Origin: a virus
Taxonomy: Duplodnaviria > Heunggongvirae > Uroviricota > Caudoviricetes
DNA length: 64,000 nt
IMG/VR virus record: IMGVR_UViG_3300028887_000066
Location: 64,001 to 128,000 of that record
Reading direction: 5' to 3' (one strand)
The notes beneath the pieces were generated by a model. It saw only the letters and a list, made by a program, of their open reading frames with translations. It was not told the origin of the DNA and made no database searches. Made by a program: the position numbers and the translations under genes. Below are positions 10,758 through 21,042 of the stretch, one piece after another (the stretch's first letter is position 1; the number at the start of each line of letters is the position of its first letter).

Positions 10758-11399
10758 ATGCGAAAAGTAATATTTACTGAAAGCCAATTGAAGAAAATAT
10801 TAGGTGAAAATTTCGATACATACCTCCCAAAAAAAGATTATGCCGAAGAAAATCCGAACAATGCATATGGCACGCAAGTATCTCTTACAGGTAAGGATTC
10901 AAAGGGAGATCCGATAGATACCGTTGCAACAGACAGGATTGCAAAGTCTAGGACACCATCTATCGGACGTTTCAGGAGAATATCAGAAAATGATGAACTG
11001 AATGAGGAAAATCAGGAATTGGTTAATCATGAGTATAATCTTGGAATGAAAATGAACGGTCAAATAGATACTATGGCCGCACAGAACCCCAATGATAAGC
11101 TGCTTCAAAATATGAGCAATGACAAAAATATGAAGCACGGTACGGCAAAGAAGCGCAAACACGACCTTGAGGTAATGAAGGATGAAGACCCTGTACGTTT
11201 TCAGTCAATAAATGGCAATAACATACTTAGTGGTATTAACAGAAAGTTAAAAAACGATATGGATGCATCAAAAAGCCACAAGGAATTCAAAAAAAATGTA
11301 TTGGGATATAGCAATGCATTCCAAAAAGAAGGTGGCCACAAAAATGCATCGGGAACGGCACATACGAATAATAACATTACCGTAACATATGAAAACTGA
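10758..11399 (+). CDS. putative head-internal protein (leader MRKVIFTESQLKKILGE)
   Basis: ORF with the shared leader and ISE/LNE sites. Confidence 0.65.
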   Translation: MRKVIFTESQLKKILGENFDTYLPKKDYAEENPNNAYGTQVSLTGKDSKGDPIDTVATDRIAKSRTPSIGRFRRISENDELNEENQELVNHEYNLGMKMNGQIDTMAAQNPNDKLLQNMSNDKNMKHGTAKKRKHDLEVMKDEDPVRFQSINGNNILSGINRKLKNDMDASKSHKEFKKNVLGYSNAFQKEGGHKNASGTAHTNNNITVTYEN

Positions 11400-11450
11400 A
11401 AAGGGTTTTCTGTTTACAATAAATAAAAGACATTTAATATTATAATAGAA

Positions 11451-11831
11451 ATGGGAAAACAAAGCAGACTTGAGTTTGAAGCTCTTAATAAAAGGCACGA
11501 GCTTCAAGTAATATCTGACTATCAGAAAGAAGTTAACGAATATAGCGAAAGTCACAAGGATGCAATGAGTGACGGTGATCCCCTTGGTAAAGGTACGGGC
11601 GTGTCTATGGGCTTCAGTATTCCTGGACAGACCACTAATAAGGGTATCAATTATTCAAACATCGATACTACAAAAGGCGGCGGACAATATGATATTGAAG
11701 GTCGTGACGGTGTAGGTGGCGGACGTAACTATTCCGCAAACATAAACCTCTACAACAGTGAGAATTCATACGGTTCTGATTCCGTCGATACAAGCGCAAA
11801 TGTTGCAGAGGGACAATATATCGTAAAATAA
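11451..11831 (+). CDS. hypothetical Gly-rich virion protein
   Basis: Clean ORF within an operon. Confidence 0.65.
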   Translation: MGKQSRLEFEALNKRHELQVISDYQKEVNEYSESHKDAMSDGDPLGKGTGVSMGFSIPGQTTNKGINYSNIDTTKGGGQYDIEGRDGVGGGRNYSANINLYNSENSYGSDSVDTSANVAEGQYIVK

Positions 11832-11845
11832 ACTAAGGATTCGAT

Positions 11846-12700
11846 ATGTCTAAAGGCTACGCGGAACTGATATTGGAGTCATTGCTGAAGGAGGAGGCAA
11901 TGCAAGCTGACGTTATTGACGCTATCAAAAAAAGATACGAAGTCGGCATTAACTATGTGTCCGACAAAACGTCAAAAGGCAGCGGATACCGTATTATTCA
12001 GCCCGTAGCCTATGGAAAAACAACGTCAGGAAACTTGGTTATACGGGCATTCCAACCATATGGTGATACAAAGACAAAAACACCGAGTTGGAAAATGTTC
12101 AGGCTTGATAGGATTGAAAATTGGAAGCCGATGAAAAACAAACGCTTCAAAGAACCGCCATCCACTGATGGTGATATTCTTGGAAAGTTCAATCCAAACG
12201 GTGACAATACGATGTCTGAAGTCTACCTTGTGGCTAATTTCCACGGAATGAGAAATGATGCATTGATCAAATATAATCAAAAACGTCATGCTGAAAAGGT
12301 TGCGGCTGATCCGTATTATGATTTTAAACGTAACATAAAGAAAGCGCAAGACGGTAACAAAATTGATTATATAAGGAAAAATGTGGAAGATTGGCAGAAA
12401 AGTGCGGCGGCGGCAGAATTCAGGAAAGGAAACGGTCAATCTGTATATGATATGTCCCGTGTCCATAACTTTGGTGATGATCAGGAAACACAGACGGTAG
12501 GCCCTGTAAGGAAGGGTAATGCGGACATTGCCCCACAGCAGCAGCCGAAGCAAATGAATTATACTGCGGCCCTTAATAATGGCCCGTTATATAAGCAGAA
12601 CATTCAGCAGGCAGAGACTGATACTGATGAATACGAAGATTCACAGACAGATGCTGAAAACGCATATATTGAAAAAGATGAATTAAATGGACGGAAATAA
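11846..12700 (+). CDS. WYL-like domain protein with low-complexity C-terminus
   Basis: R.IQPVAYG...VIRAFQ...WKMFRLDRIENWK matches the WYL pattern. Confidence 0.7.
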   Translation: MSKGYAELILESLLKEEAMQADVIDAIKKRYEVGINYVSDKTSKGSGYRIIQPVAYGKTTSGNLVIRAFQPYGDTKTKTPSWKMFRLDRIENWKPMKNKRFKEPPSTDGDILGKFNPNGDNTMSEVYLVANFHGMRNDALIKYNQKRHAEKVAADPYYDFKRNIKKAQDGNKIDYIRKNVEDWQKSAAAAEFRKGNGQSVYDMSRVHNFGDDQETQTVGPVRKGNADIAPQQQPKQMNYTAALNNGPLYKQNIQQAETDTDEYEDSQTDAENAYIEKDELNGRK

Positions 12701-13271
12701 ATTTGAACACATAATGGCTAATGCCCAAAGGCTGATGCTCGACGAGGAATTTAACAGAAAAGTCGAGTCAAAGGCCGCATCGTTTGCTGGAAGAAAAAGC
12801 AGCGGTGTTTCCGATATGTCATCTCTTGAACGACAGGCATTTGGTTCTTCATACGAAGAAAAGCCAATACAGATGATACAAGTTGAGGATAACGGTTTGG
12901 ACGACAAGCGTTTCTCAAAACTTCCTGCTGCAATTAGGGAATCATTCTCTAAAACTCCGCCTCTCACAGGACAGGATAACAGCGTAATGGGACGTATGAC
13001 AAATAACTTGTCAATAAATGAGCAATCAATCGAACCTAAAAGAACTTCAACACCTATTGGGAATGGAAGTGGAATTGATTATAGCCTTATCAAAGCCATT
13101 ATAGATGAAAGTGTGAGAAGAAACCTTAAAGAAATGAGAAATGGACTGCTTAACGAGAATGTTATCAGGGGTATGAAAATTGCAAAGGGCAACAAAATAC
13201 AATTCCTTGATTCGGCGGGCAATCTTTATGAAGGTGTTCTTACACTAAAAAAGAAGGCGGGCAAAGCGTAA
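12687..13271 (+). CDS. hypothetical protein
   Basis: Overlaps the upstream stop codon; INE/LNE sites. Confidence 0.7.
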   Translation: MDGNKFEHIMANAQRLMLDEEFNRKVESKAASFAGRKSSGVSDMSSLERQAFGSSYEEKPIQMIQVEDNGLDDKRFSKLPAAIRESFSKTPPLTGQDNSVMGRMTNNLSINEQSIEPKRTSTPIGNGSGIDYSLIKAIIDESVRRNLKEMRNGLLNENVIRGMKIAKGNKIQFLDSAGNLYEGVLTLKKKAGKA

Positions 13272-13302
13272 CTTTTTTCTTCATACTATACTAATATTTT
13301 TT

Positions 13303-13336
13303 CCTGAAGCGATTTTATGTTGCTTCAGGTTTTTTT
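13303..13336 (+). terminator. intrinsic terminator
   Basis: cctgaagc...gcttcagg followed by T7. Confidence 0.75.
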
Positions 13337-13388
13337 ATGTTTACTTTGATGAAAACATTTTTTATATTTCTGAAAAAGCCAATTACAA

Positions 13389-14636
13389 ATGGATGGAAAT
13401 AAAATAAAAATATTAGTAGTACAGACCGATCATGTCGGCGGTGTGGGTTTCTACAGGTCTTTTCAGCCTCATCAGTATATTACCGCTAATTACGGAGATG
13501 AGTTTGAAATAGCCTACAATAGTGACCCTGATTGGGCTGATAACGCCTATTTTGAGCAGTTTGATATTATTCACGTGCATAAAGGAATATTCCCCAAAAT
13601 ACAGGATTTCTATAAGCAAATAATCCACTTGAAAGATACTAATACCGTAACGGTGTTGGATCTTGACGATTCTTGGGAACTTTCAGAAGCTCATCCTAAC
13701 TATCTCATCCAAAAACAATACAAACTTGATGAATTAGTCGTTACGGGGATAAAGCTTTTCGACTATATCACAACGACCACATCAAAATTTGCGAAAGAAA
13801 TCTATAAAATAAATAAACACGTATTTGTCTTACCAAATGGCATTGATCCTAATGACGACAGATTTAAATTAGATAAACCTGTGTCTGACAAACTGAGGGT
13901 TGGTTTTATTATGGGTTCGCATCACGAAGCAGACATTAAGCTTCTTGACCGCTTCATCTTGCAAATACCTGAAGAGACAAGGAAAAAGATACAGATAGTA
14001 TTATGTGGTTTTGATCTCAATGGTGTAGCAAGAATCATCGACCAAAACACAGGTCAGGTACAACAACGACCTATAAAGCCTAAAGAGACCGTTTGGTATC
14101 GTTATGAGGTAATGCTTACGGATAATTACAAAATATTATCTGATAAATACAAAAGGTTTCTTGAAATGTTCGTGAAGAATCTTGACTACCCTGAAGCCGA
14201 CGAAGAGGGTTATAAAAGATGTTGGACTAAAGACATTAACCATTACTATAGTCATTACAATAATATTGACGTTTTATTGGCTCCACTGGCAATCAACAAA
14301 TTCAACCATGTAAAATCAGAATTAAAGGTTGCCGAATGCTGTTTCTCGGATACGGCACTTATTGCATCCGATTACGGCCCATATAATCTTGTGCTGAAAA
14401 ACGCTTGGGATGAGAATGGGCAATTTAACCCCGAAGGAAACTCAATACTGATAAATGAGGAGAAGAATGCTACTGATTGGGCAAAGGCAATTACGATGTT
14501 AGCTGAAGACAGGAACAAATTAGATACATTAAAAAAGAATATACACGATGACTTCTGTGACAAGCTCAGTCTTGAGTCAATTACGAAGAAAAGAATAGGT
14601 TTTTATAAGGAGATATTAAATTACACATCGAAATAA
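13389..14636 (+). CDS. GT-B fold glycosyltransferase
   Basis: GVGFYRS.QP, DLDD.W, VLPNGID, DVLLAPL...FN..KSELK..E...LIASDYGPY. Confidence 0.85.
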   Translation: MDGNKIKILVVQTDHVGGVGFYRSFQPHQYITANYGDEFEIAYNSDPDWADNAYFEQFDIIHVHKGIFPKIQDFYKQIIHLKDTNTVTVLDLDDSWELSEAHPNYLIQKQYKLDELVVTGIKLFDYITTTTSKFAKEIYKINKHVFVLPNGIDPNDDRFKLDKPVSDKLRVGFIMGSHHEADIKLLDRFILQIPEETRKKIQIVLCGFDLNGVARIIDQNTGQVQQRPIKPKETVWYRYEVMLTDNYKILSDKYKRFLEMFVKNLDYPEADEEGYKRCWTKDINHYYSHYNNIDVLLAPLAINKFNHVKSELKVAECCFSDTALIASDYGPYNLVLKNAWDENGQFNPEGNSILINEEKNATDWAKAITMLAEDRNKLDTLKKNIHDDFCDKLSLESITKKRIGFYKEILNYTSK

Positions 14637-15235
14637 TGAGAATTTGTATTACATTAGATGATGTCATCAGGGCTAAAACGACTCAAATAGGAAAAATCTA
14701 CAAAAAGTATGTAAACAGCGACATTGACCTTGAGGCACTCGAATTCAACACAACTGACTATGCTGATATTTTCGGTTTTGAAAGTTTAAGTGAATATCAG
14801 GATTTTCTCTATAATCTCTATTCATATGAGATTTTTGCTGAAGCTGGAACAACAGAAAAGCTTATAGACAAAAAGTTCAACTTATGGCATATGAAGGTAA
14901 CGGAGGACGGCGAATATGACGAGCCTGTTGATGTGTTCATCGCAAACCCATTTGAATTTAACAACTCTATAGGCTATACTTGCTTTTTTCTGTCAAAAAT
15001 AGCAACAAGAATCAGGGAGATATATTTTCCCATGAATTCGTCTACTATTTGGGACAAATGTGATGTACTTATCACGGCAGAGCCTAAATTGCTTGAAAAC
15101 AAGCCAGAAGGGAAAATAGCAATTAAAATAGAAATGCCTTATAATAAGGAATGTCAGTCAGATTATACATATAGTAAGTTATCTGAATTTTTAGACGATA
15201 ATAACATTATTGAAAAACTCATTAATAAAGAATGA
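14636..15235 (+). CDS. HAD-fold 5'-nucleotidase-like protein (degenerate motif I)
   Basis: MRICITLDDVI (vs I.IDxDGV), CDVLI and PYN motifs. Confidence 0.55.
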   Translation: MRICITLDDVIRAKTTQIGKIYKKYVNSDIDLEALEFNTTDYADIFGFESLSEYQDFLYNLYSYEIFAEAGTTEKLIDKKFNLWHMKVTEDGEYDEPVDVFIANPFEFNNSIGYTCFFLSKIATRIREIYFPMNSSTIWDKCDVLITAEPKLLENKPEGKIAIKIEMPYNKECQSDYTYSKLSEFLDDNNIIEKLINKE

Positions 15236-15561
15236 TAGACTTAAACGGTAAAAAATACTACATCGACATCAAAAAGGTGTTCGAAATGATAGAATACTCA
15301 ACTAAAAATGAACGAAAGGAGACCGAAATTACCGATGGTTACGAATTTGATGAAGATGAAAAGAAACTTACGCAAATTAGTAAAATCGTACACGAATCAA
15401 AGTTCCCTCCTGAGTCACAAACAGACAATATCAGATACGATTTTTTGAAGATGTTAGTAGGAATCGTTATCGGAAACGAAGATACCACACCTGATATTGG
15501 TACTGAAATTTGCATAAATTCTTTAATTAAACATGGAATCCTTGTTGAATGGACTAACTAA
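15232..15561 (+). CDS. hypothetical protein
   Basis: Coupled ORF in the GT operon. Confidence 0.7.
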   Translation: MIDLNGKKYYIDIKKVFEMIEYSTKNERKETEITDGYEFDEDEKKLTQISKIVHESKFPPESQTDNIRYDFLKMLVGIVIGNEDTTPDIGTEICINSLIKHGILVEWTN

Positions 15562-15580
15562 TAATTAAAAAAACTTAAAA

Positions 15581-16675
15581 ATGGAAACTAAGGATAAAAA
15601 GACCATAATGAACAATCTTTCTACCGAGATCAAAAAATTGGAAGACGGAAAGTTCAATTTTATGTTTTTCGTAATTGATACAAAAGGTACTCCTAACGGG
15701 CAGTTAGCCTATATATATGAAACGGCACTAACATTAAAAGAAATGGGGTACAGCGTAAAAATGCTGCATGGCGAATCTGAATTTGTCGGCGTTTCGTCTT
15801 GGCTTGGTGAAAAATATGGAGAATTGCCTCACTTTAACATTGAAAGTGATGGTGTTGCAATATCCCCATCCGATTTCTTGTTTATTCCTGAGATATATGC
15901 AAATGTGATGCACAAGACGTTTGAAAAGAAACTTCCTTGTAAACGTATCGTATTGCTTACCAATTTCAACTATCTCACAGAGATAATTCAACCTGGAGCA
16001 ACATGGAGAGACTATGGCATCAATGACTGTGTGACAACAACCAACGTGCTTTCAGACAGGGTTAAGGAATTATTCCCGTCACTTAATGTCGATATTGTAA
16101 AGCCTTGCATTACAGACGAGTTTAAGAACACGATAGATTCCAAGAAACTTATTATAAACGTTGTTGCGGAAAACAAAAGCGACGTGAATAAGGTTGTAAA
16201 GGAATTTTTCTTGAAATACCCTATGTATAAATGGGTGGGATTCAGGGATGTAAGAGGGATTTCACACGAGGAGTTCGCAAATGCACTTAACGAAGCATTC
16301 GCTACTGTTTGGGTAGATGAAAAGACGGATTTCGGCTTTTCTCCTATAGAAGCGATGGCTTGCGGTAACATAGTTATCGGCAAAATACCTGAAAACGCCC
16401 CTGAATGGGTAATGGACGGCGATAAAATAAACGATAATGCCGTTTGGTTCTATAATCTTAGGGATGTACATGAAATCATTGCAAATGTAGTGCAGGCTTT
16501 CTTGCACGATGCAATTCCTAATGAGTTATATGAGAATGCGAAAAAGACCGTAGCGGAATACAGCACTGAGAACTTCAAGAATAACGTCAAGAATGTTTAC
16601 ATTGAAAAATTTGTAAATGAGCGTCTGAAAGATTTTAAGGAAGCCTTGGCATTGCTAAAGAAAGAGGAGGAGTAA
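15581..16675 (+). CDS. GT-B (GT4-like) glycosyltransferase
   Basis: DFGFSPIEAMACGNIVIG matches the E-x7-E-type signature. Confidence 0.85.
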   Translation: METKDKKTIMNNLSTEIKKLEDGKFNFMFFVIDTKGTPNGQLAYIYETALTLKEMGYSVKMLHGESEFVGVSSWLGEKYGELPHFNIESDGVAISPSDFLFIPEIYANVMHKTFEKKLPCKRIVLLTNFNYLTEIIQPGATWRDYGINDCVTTTNVLSDRVKELFPSLNVDIVKPCITDEFKNTIDSKKLIINVVAENKSDVNKVVKEFFLKYPMYKWVGFRDVRGISHEEFANALNEAFATVWVDEKTDFGFSPIEAMACGNIVIGKIPENAPEWVMDGDKINDNAVWFYNLRDVHEIIANVVQAFLHDAIPNELYENAKKTVAEYSTENFKNNVKNVYIEKFVNERLKDFKEALALLKKEEE

Positions 16676-16679
16676 TAAT

Positions 16680-17492
16680 ATGGAAAAACTTACTATCATA
16701 ATACCATTACACGAGTATAACGATTCAGTTGCACAGTATCTTACGAAAGCTTTGGATAGTGTGAAAAACCTTAGAGGCAACGAAATGCCCGTATTGTCAT
16801 TCATAGGGCCGAAAAGTGTAATTTCTGAAGCCAAAAAGTTATTGAAAAGTGTAAAATTGCCACAGACGGTGAATTATTATGAAAATGATAATACTGATTT
16901 CTTCGTACAGGTAAATACGGCAGTCAAATATTGCCTCACAGAATATTTCTCGGTTCTTGAATTCGATGATACATATTATGAGTATTGGCTTGAAAATTTC
17001 TGGAAATACGCAAATGCAGGCAATGAGGCAAGTATATACCTACCAATTGTTGAATTATATGATACTGAAGACAATTTCGGTGGGTTTGTAAATGAGATTG
17101 CGTGGGCTACTTCCTTCTCGGCAGATGAGATAGGATACCTCGATCTCGAATGTCTTAAAAGTTTCATGGATTTCAACGTAACAGGTGCAATTATCAACAC
17201 GGAGGACTTCCTTGCAGTTGGCGGTTTGAAACCTTCATTGAGAATTGCCGCTTGGTATGAGTTCCTTATGAGAATCGCAAATAACAAGAAAGATATTTTT
17301 GTCGTTCCGAAGGCTGGATATAGGCACATCGTAGGGCGTGATGGCAGTTATATGAAACTGTCAGGCTCTGAGATAGGCGTGAATGAGGGCCAATGGCTAA
17401 TTAAGAAAGCCCAAGAGGAATATGAATATAACGAGGAAAGGGAAATAAAATACAACCCTGACGAAAAGATAGAGGAAACTCAAACAGAGTAA
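16680..17492 (+). CDS. GT2-family (GT-A) glycosyltransferase
   Basis: LTIIIPLH...L.KALDSV; YFSVLEFDD (DxD-like); F..VGG. Confidence 0.8.
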   Translation: MEKLTIIIPLHEYNDSVAQYLTKALDSVKNLRGNEMPVLSFIGPKSVISEAKKLLKSVKLPQTVNYYENDNTDFFVQVNTAVKYCLTEYFSVLEFDDTYYEYWLENFWKYANAGNEASIYLPIVELYDTEDNFGGFVNEIAWATSFSADEIGYLDLECLKSFMDFNVTGAIINTEDFLAVGGLKPSLRIAAWYEFLMRIANNKKDIFVVPKAGYRHIVGRDGSYMKLSGSEIGVNEGQWLIKKAQEEYEYNEEREIKYNPDEKIEETQTE

Positions 17493-17494
17493 CA

Positions 17495-17523
17495 TATGGG
17501 GTTATTTAATAGATAACCCCATA
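17495..17523. terminator. 11-bp hairpin after the GT operon
   Basis: tatggggttat/ataaccccata. Confidence 0.6.
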
Positions 17524-17662
17524 ATAATTATAAACGATTTTTGAATCTAACTAAAGGTAAGATGCCTGTAATTGGCATAGATAATAATGTAAGCGCATTG
17601 TCATTTTGCGGAAAAAGTTAATTCAAATGTTAAAATGAGCATTGTATTAACTATTTTACATA

Positions 17663-18388
17663 ATGGCTAAAAGAGGAAGAAAACCAGATCCTAATAAGAA
17701 AAAAGACTATTTCAGTACAGAAGAGGAACAAGCGGTAATAGATTACCTTAATGCTGAAACCGCACAGCAAAAAAATGAAATATATAATAAAACACTAAGA
17801 CCCGCATTCGATAAGTTAGTATCATCCATTATAAGGCGATACAGGCTTTATATTCCTGATGAGCCTGAAAATGAGACGTTTCAGGATGCATTGTCATTTA
17901 TTCTTACAAAAGCCGACAAATTCAAGGCAGGAGGAAAGTTCAAAGCATATTCATACTATGGCACGATATGCAAAAACTACCTTATAGGGAGAATAGATAC
18001 GTACAATAAACGGATAAGACGATTAGAGTCATATGATAGTAATGCACGTGAATTCGCCGACAGTCTCAGGTATTCAAACTATACAGAGAAAAACGAAAAA
18101 ATTGCTGCTGACAGCGTGAAAATGCTTATAGATAAAATAGGCACAATGATAGACAATCCCAAGGAATACGGGCTGAAGGATACTGAGGTGACGCTTGGAA
18201 AGGCACTGAAAACCCTTCTTGAAAACTGGGATTTCGTATTAACGACTGACGGAAGCAACAAACTGAATAAAAACGCCATTTTATTGTTTCTGAAAGAGAC
18301 TACTGGATTTGACACGAAAGGCATACGTGACAACATGAAAAAATACAAAAACGAGTTCTATACAATAAAGGAGTTTTTGCTTACTTGA
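17663..18388 (+). CDS. phage sigma factor, gp55-like late sigma
   Basis: Region-2-like QDALSFILTKADKF....KAYSYYGTICKNYLIGRI parallels the gp55 NPHAY.T.ACFNAF..RI pattern; no region 4 evident. Confidence 0.6.
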   Translation: MAKRGRKPDPNKKKDYFSTEEEQAVIDYLNAETAQQKNEIYNKTLRPAFDKLVSSIIRRYRLYIPDEPENETFQDALSFILTKADKFKAGGKFKAYSYYGTICKNYLIGRIDTYNKRIRRLESYDSNAREFADSLRYSNYTEKNEKIAADSVKMLIDKIGTMIDNPKEYGLKDTEVTLGKALKTLLENWDFVLTTDGSNKLNKNAILLFLKETTGFDTKGIRDNMKKYKNEFYTIKEFLLT

Positions 18389-18414
18389 TATTTATAGAAA
18401 ATAGTGCTTTATAT

Positions 18415-18822
18415 ATGGAAACCAAGAAAAAATATACCGTAAAGCTTAACAATATTGATAAAATAGAGCAATTACTTCAGGAAACATATAATCTTGCCTG
18501 CCAACAATATACACAGATACAAACCGAGATCAACAAGATTGCAAATACAACTAAGTTGAACGAGCTTGATATTGATGGCAAAGAAAAATACGGCAAGATA
18601 ATGAATAACTATATTGCCCTTCAGCAAAAAGCTATTACACAAAAATTCGACATTGCAAAATTGATGAGCGAAATAGTGAAACATAACGGCGACATCAAGG
18701 GGGCATTGGATGCCACCAAGAACGTGCCTACTACGCTTGACATCTCCGCACTCAGAGAATTGGCAAAGAAAGCCTCCACTCAGGGGGAAAGTGAAACACA
18801 AGAATATATAACCAAGAAGTAA
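18415..18822 (+). CDS. hypothetical helical protein
   Basis: Likely start METKKK; TATTTAT at 18389. Confidence 0.7.
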   Translation: METKKKYTVKLNNIDKIEQLLQETYNLACQQYTQIQTEINKIANTTKLNELDIDGKEKYGKIMNNYIALQQKAITQKFDIAKLMSEIVKHNGDIKGALDATKNVPTTLDISALRELAKKASTQGESETQEYITKK

Positions 18823-20633
18823 TGTCAAATATCAATTCACAAAAGGCTAAAGTATTAGGAAGCATCGGTGCAATACAGACGCTTCTCGAAAAGTTTTCGA
18901 TGCTCATCAATATAGATTCGCAAATTCCAGGTGAGACATCGTTTACTTTCATGCTTAATGTCTTGGATATTCTTGGCGTTAAGCAAAAGGATATAGTGGA
19001 TTGGCTTGCCAAACTTTTATCAGGCAAAGGCACTGATGGTTTTTTATATGCCGTAGAAATAGCGACAAAAGGAATACTTCTCGCAAACATCAGGAACCTA
19101 CTCACATGCTCAATGAATCCGATGCTTCCTGACAAACTTATGTACAAATACAAGAATGTCGAGGGAATGACAGTAGGTGGCGAAGGGATAGAGCTTGACC
19201 TTAATAACATTGACCTGTATGGGGTTCTTGGGAATTGCCCGACATCTGAAGACGGAAGCATTTTCTATTTTGACGCAAAGGAGTCAATATACAGTACAGA
19301 TGAACATCCTGTAGAGGGTTATTCAACGAATAACCTTTGGAAATCATGTGATTTCAACACATATTTATGGTATGTCATACACAAAGGTACTAATGTGGGT
19401 TCTGAGGCGAGAAAACTGTATTGGGACAACAGGGTAAAGTACATAGAGGCATTTAAGGGGGAAAACGGTGACACTCTTCGGAATGACTTTTTTACGTCGG
19501 CCGCGATAAACGGCAACATACGTTCAGGCAGTACCACTCTTAAAAAGAAACAGATACTCATATGTGAGTACATAGAACGCAGCGAAGACAAGACAGCCCC
19601 GAATGTACTTAGGGTATGGCTTAACGATGAGAGATATTATCACACCAGAAAAGTAAAGCTTAATTCACTTAAAATTGGTGGAGTATCTGTTACGCCAAAG
19701 ATGAAGATGGAGTTGAACAAAACGGTATTCGAGTTCAACTATGACTATATAATGAGCCTTAAACTGTTTGAGACAAAAACTCTTGTGGCGAATATTGTAA
19801 ACGCCATATTAGGCATTTCATGCAGTATAAGCGGGACATATTCTATCATCGAAAGTGTCGTTGCGGCTAAGATAGGTACTATAGTTAAAAACATCATCAG
19901 GACGGACGATACCGAGGTTGCTGATTGCTATTTTACATTTGACAATGATGAGTATGACGAAATGCTTCAGGAGTCAATAAAGAAGCATAACGGCGTATAC
20001 GCATATAGTAATGAAAATGTTGAATTTGATTACTCAAACATACTTGATGCAATCAACAATATAGACAAGTCGGCAACGCTACAAGAACAGATCAACAACA
20101 TCAGTAATGTATTTACTGAGATAATGGCTACTCCCGCACAGAATGGGTCAATTGAAAGCAAAGATAATTGGACTTGGGGTTTTGATATTATCAACAAACT
20201 TTTGGAAGAGACTGTAACACAAATAGTTATGCAAGTTCTCTCACCAAAGGTTGCGATTTTATTCCAAATAAATCAAATTATAATGGGTGATATTGACCCT
20301 GAGAGTGATGTATGGGATTGTGGATGGGAGAATTTCATTAAGAACTTCCAAAACGTTATAGTACAAACAATAAAAGAGATCAAGGAACTTATATTGCAAC
20401 AGCTTCTTGCTTGGGTTCTCGAACAGTTGAAGCCATTACTTGAACTCTTTATTTCAAAACTACTTCTTGAAACAATAAATAACTACAGAATTTTGCTGAA
20501 GCAATTGATTAATTTCTGCGGACTTGGATGGAGTAGCGGCGGTGGAAACAAGTCAGTCATCGCAATTGATAATGTCAACTATGCCGATATAGTTCCATCA
20601 AAGACAGAACCTAATAACGATAAATGTGGATAA
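18822..20633 (+). CDS. putative baseplate/tail structural protein
   Basis: 603 aa; lies in an operon with the spike gene. Confidence 0.5.
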   Translation: MSNINSQKAKVLGSIGAIQTLLEKFSMLINIDSQIPGETSFTFMLNVLDILGVKQKDIVDWLAKLLSGKGTDGFLYAVEIATKGILLANIRNLLTCSMNPMLPDKLMYKYKNVEGMTVGGEGIELDLNNIDLYGVLGNCPTSEDGSIFYFDAKESIYSTDEHPVEGYSTNNLWKSCDFNTYLWYVIHKGTNVGSEARKLYWDNRVKYIEAFKGENGDTLRNDFFTSAAINGNIRSGSTTLKKKQILICEYIERSEDKTAPNVLRVWLNDERYYHTRKVKLNSLKIGGVSVTPKMKMELNKTVFEFNYDYIMSLKLFETKTLVANIVNAILGISCSISGTYSIIESVVAAKIGTIVKNIIRTDDTEVADCYFTFDNDEYDEMLQESIKKHNGVYAYSNENVEFDYSNILDAINNIDKSATLQEQINNISNVFTEIMATPAQNGSIESKDNWTWGFDIINKLLEETVTQIVMQVLSPKVAILFQINQIIMGDIDPESDVWDCGWENFIKNFQNVIVQTIKEIKELILQQLLAWVLEQLKPLLELFISKLLLETINNYRILLKQLINFCGLGWSSGGGNKSVIAIDNVNYADIVPSKTEPNNDKCG

Positions 20634-20636
20634 GAA

Positions 20637-21029
20637 ATGAGTATAGAGGCAATTTGTGATACACTTAACAGTGCAATAGACAAAGCGCGTGCGCCATTGG
20701 CTACAATTCCCGCAATATTGCTTATATGTAGTGCTATAAGGCGGCCAGGCTTGTCTGCAATGCTTATTGCAAGCAAGATTATAAGACGCGCTGGAGAAAA
20801 GGGCATACCGACAGGCACGGCGGCAGACGGAAGTGCAAATCTTGGGCTTATAATGGAGACTATACGTGTCGAGGAAATGGTAAGTGCAATAAAGTTGGAC
20901 TCAAGAGTTCAAGCATCATTCCCGATAGGTGGACTTCAGGTCATGGCTGTAGGTTCTAATGCTGGAGGATCTCTTGTCGCCCAAGGTTTCAATGTCAATA
21001 TGCCACATGTTGATGGCATTGTAGGATAA
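20637..21029 (+). CDS. hypothetical (baseplate-associated) protein
   Basis: Operon position before the spike gene. Confidence 0.6.
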   Translation: MSIEAICDTLNSAIDKARAPLATIPAILLICSAIRRPGLSAMLIASKIIRRAGEKGIPTGTAADGSANLGLIMETIRVEEMVSAIKLDSRVQASFPIGGLQVMAVGSNAGGSLVAQGFNVNMPHVDGIVG

Positions 21030-21042
21030 AATGACTTAACAG

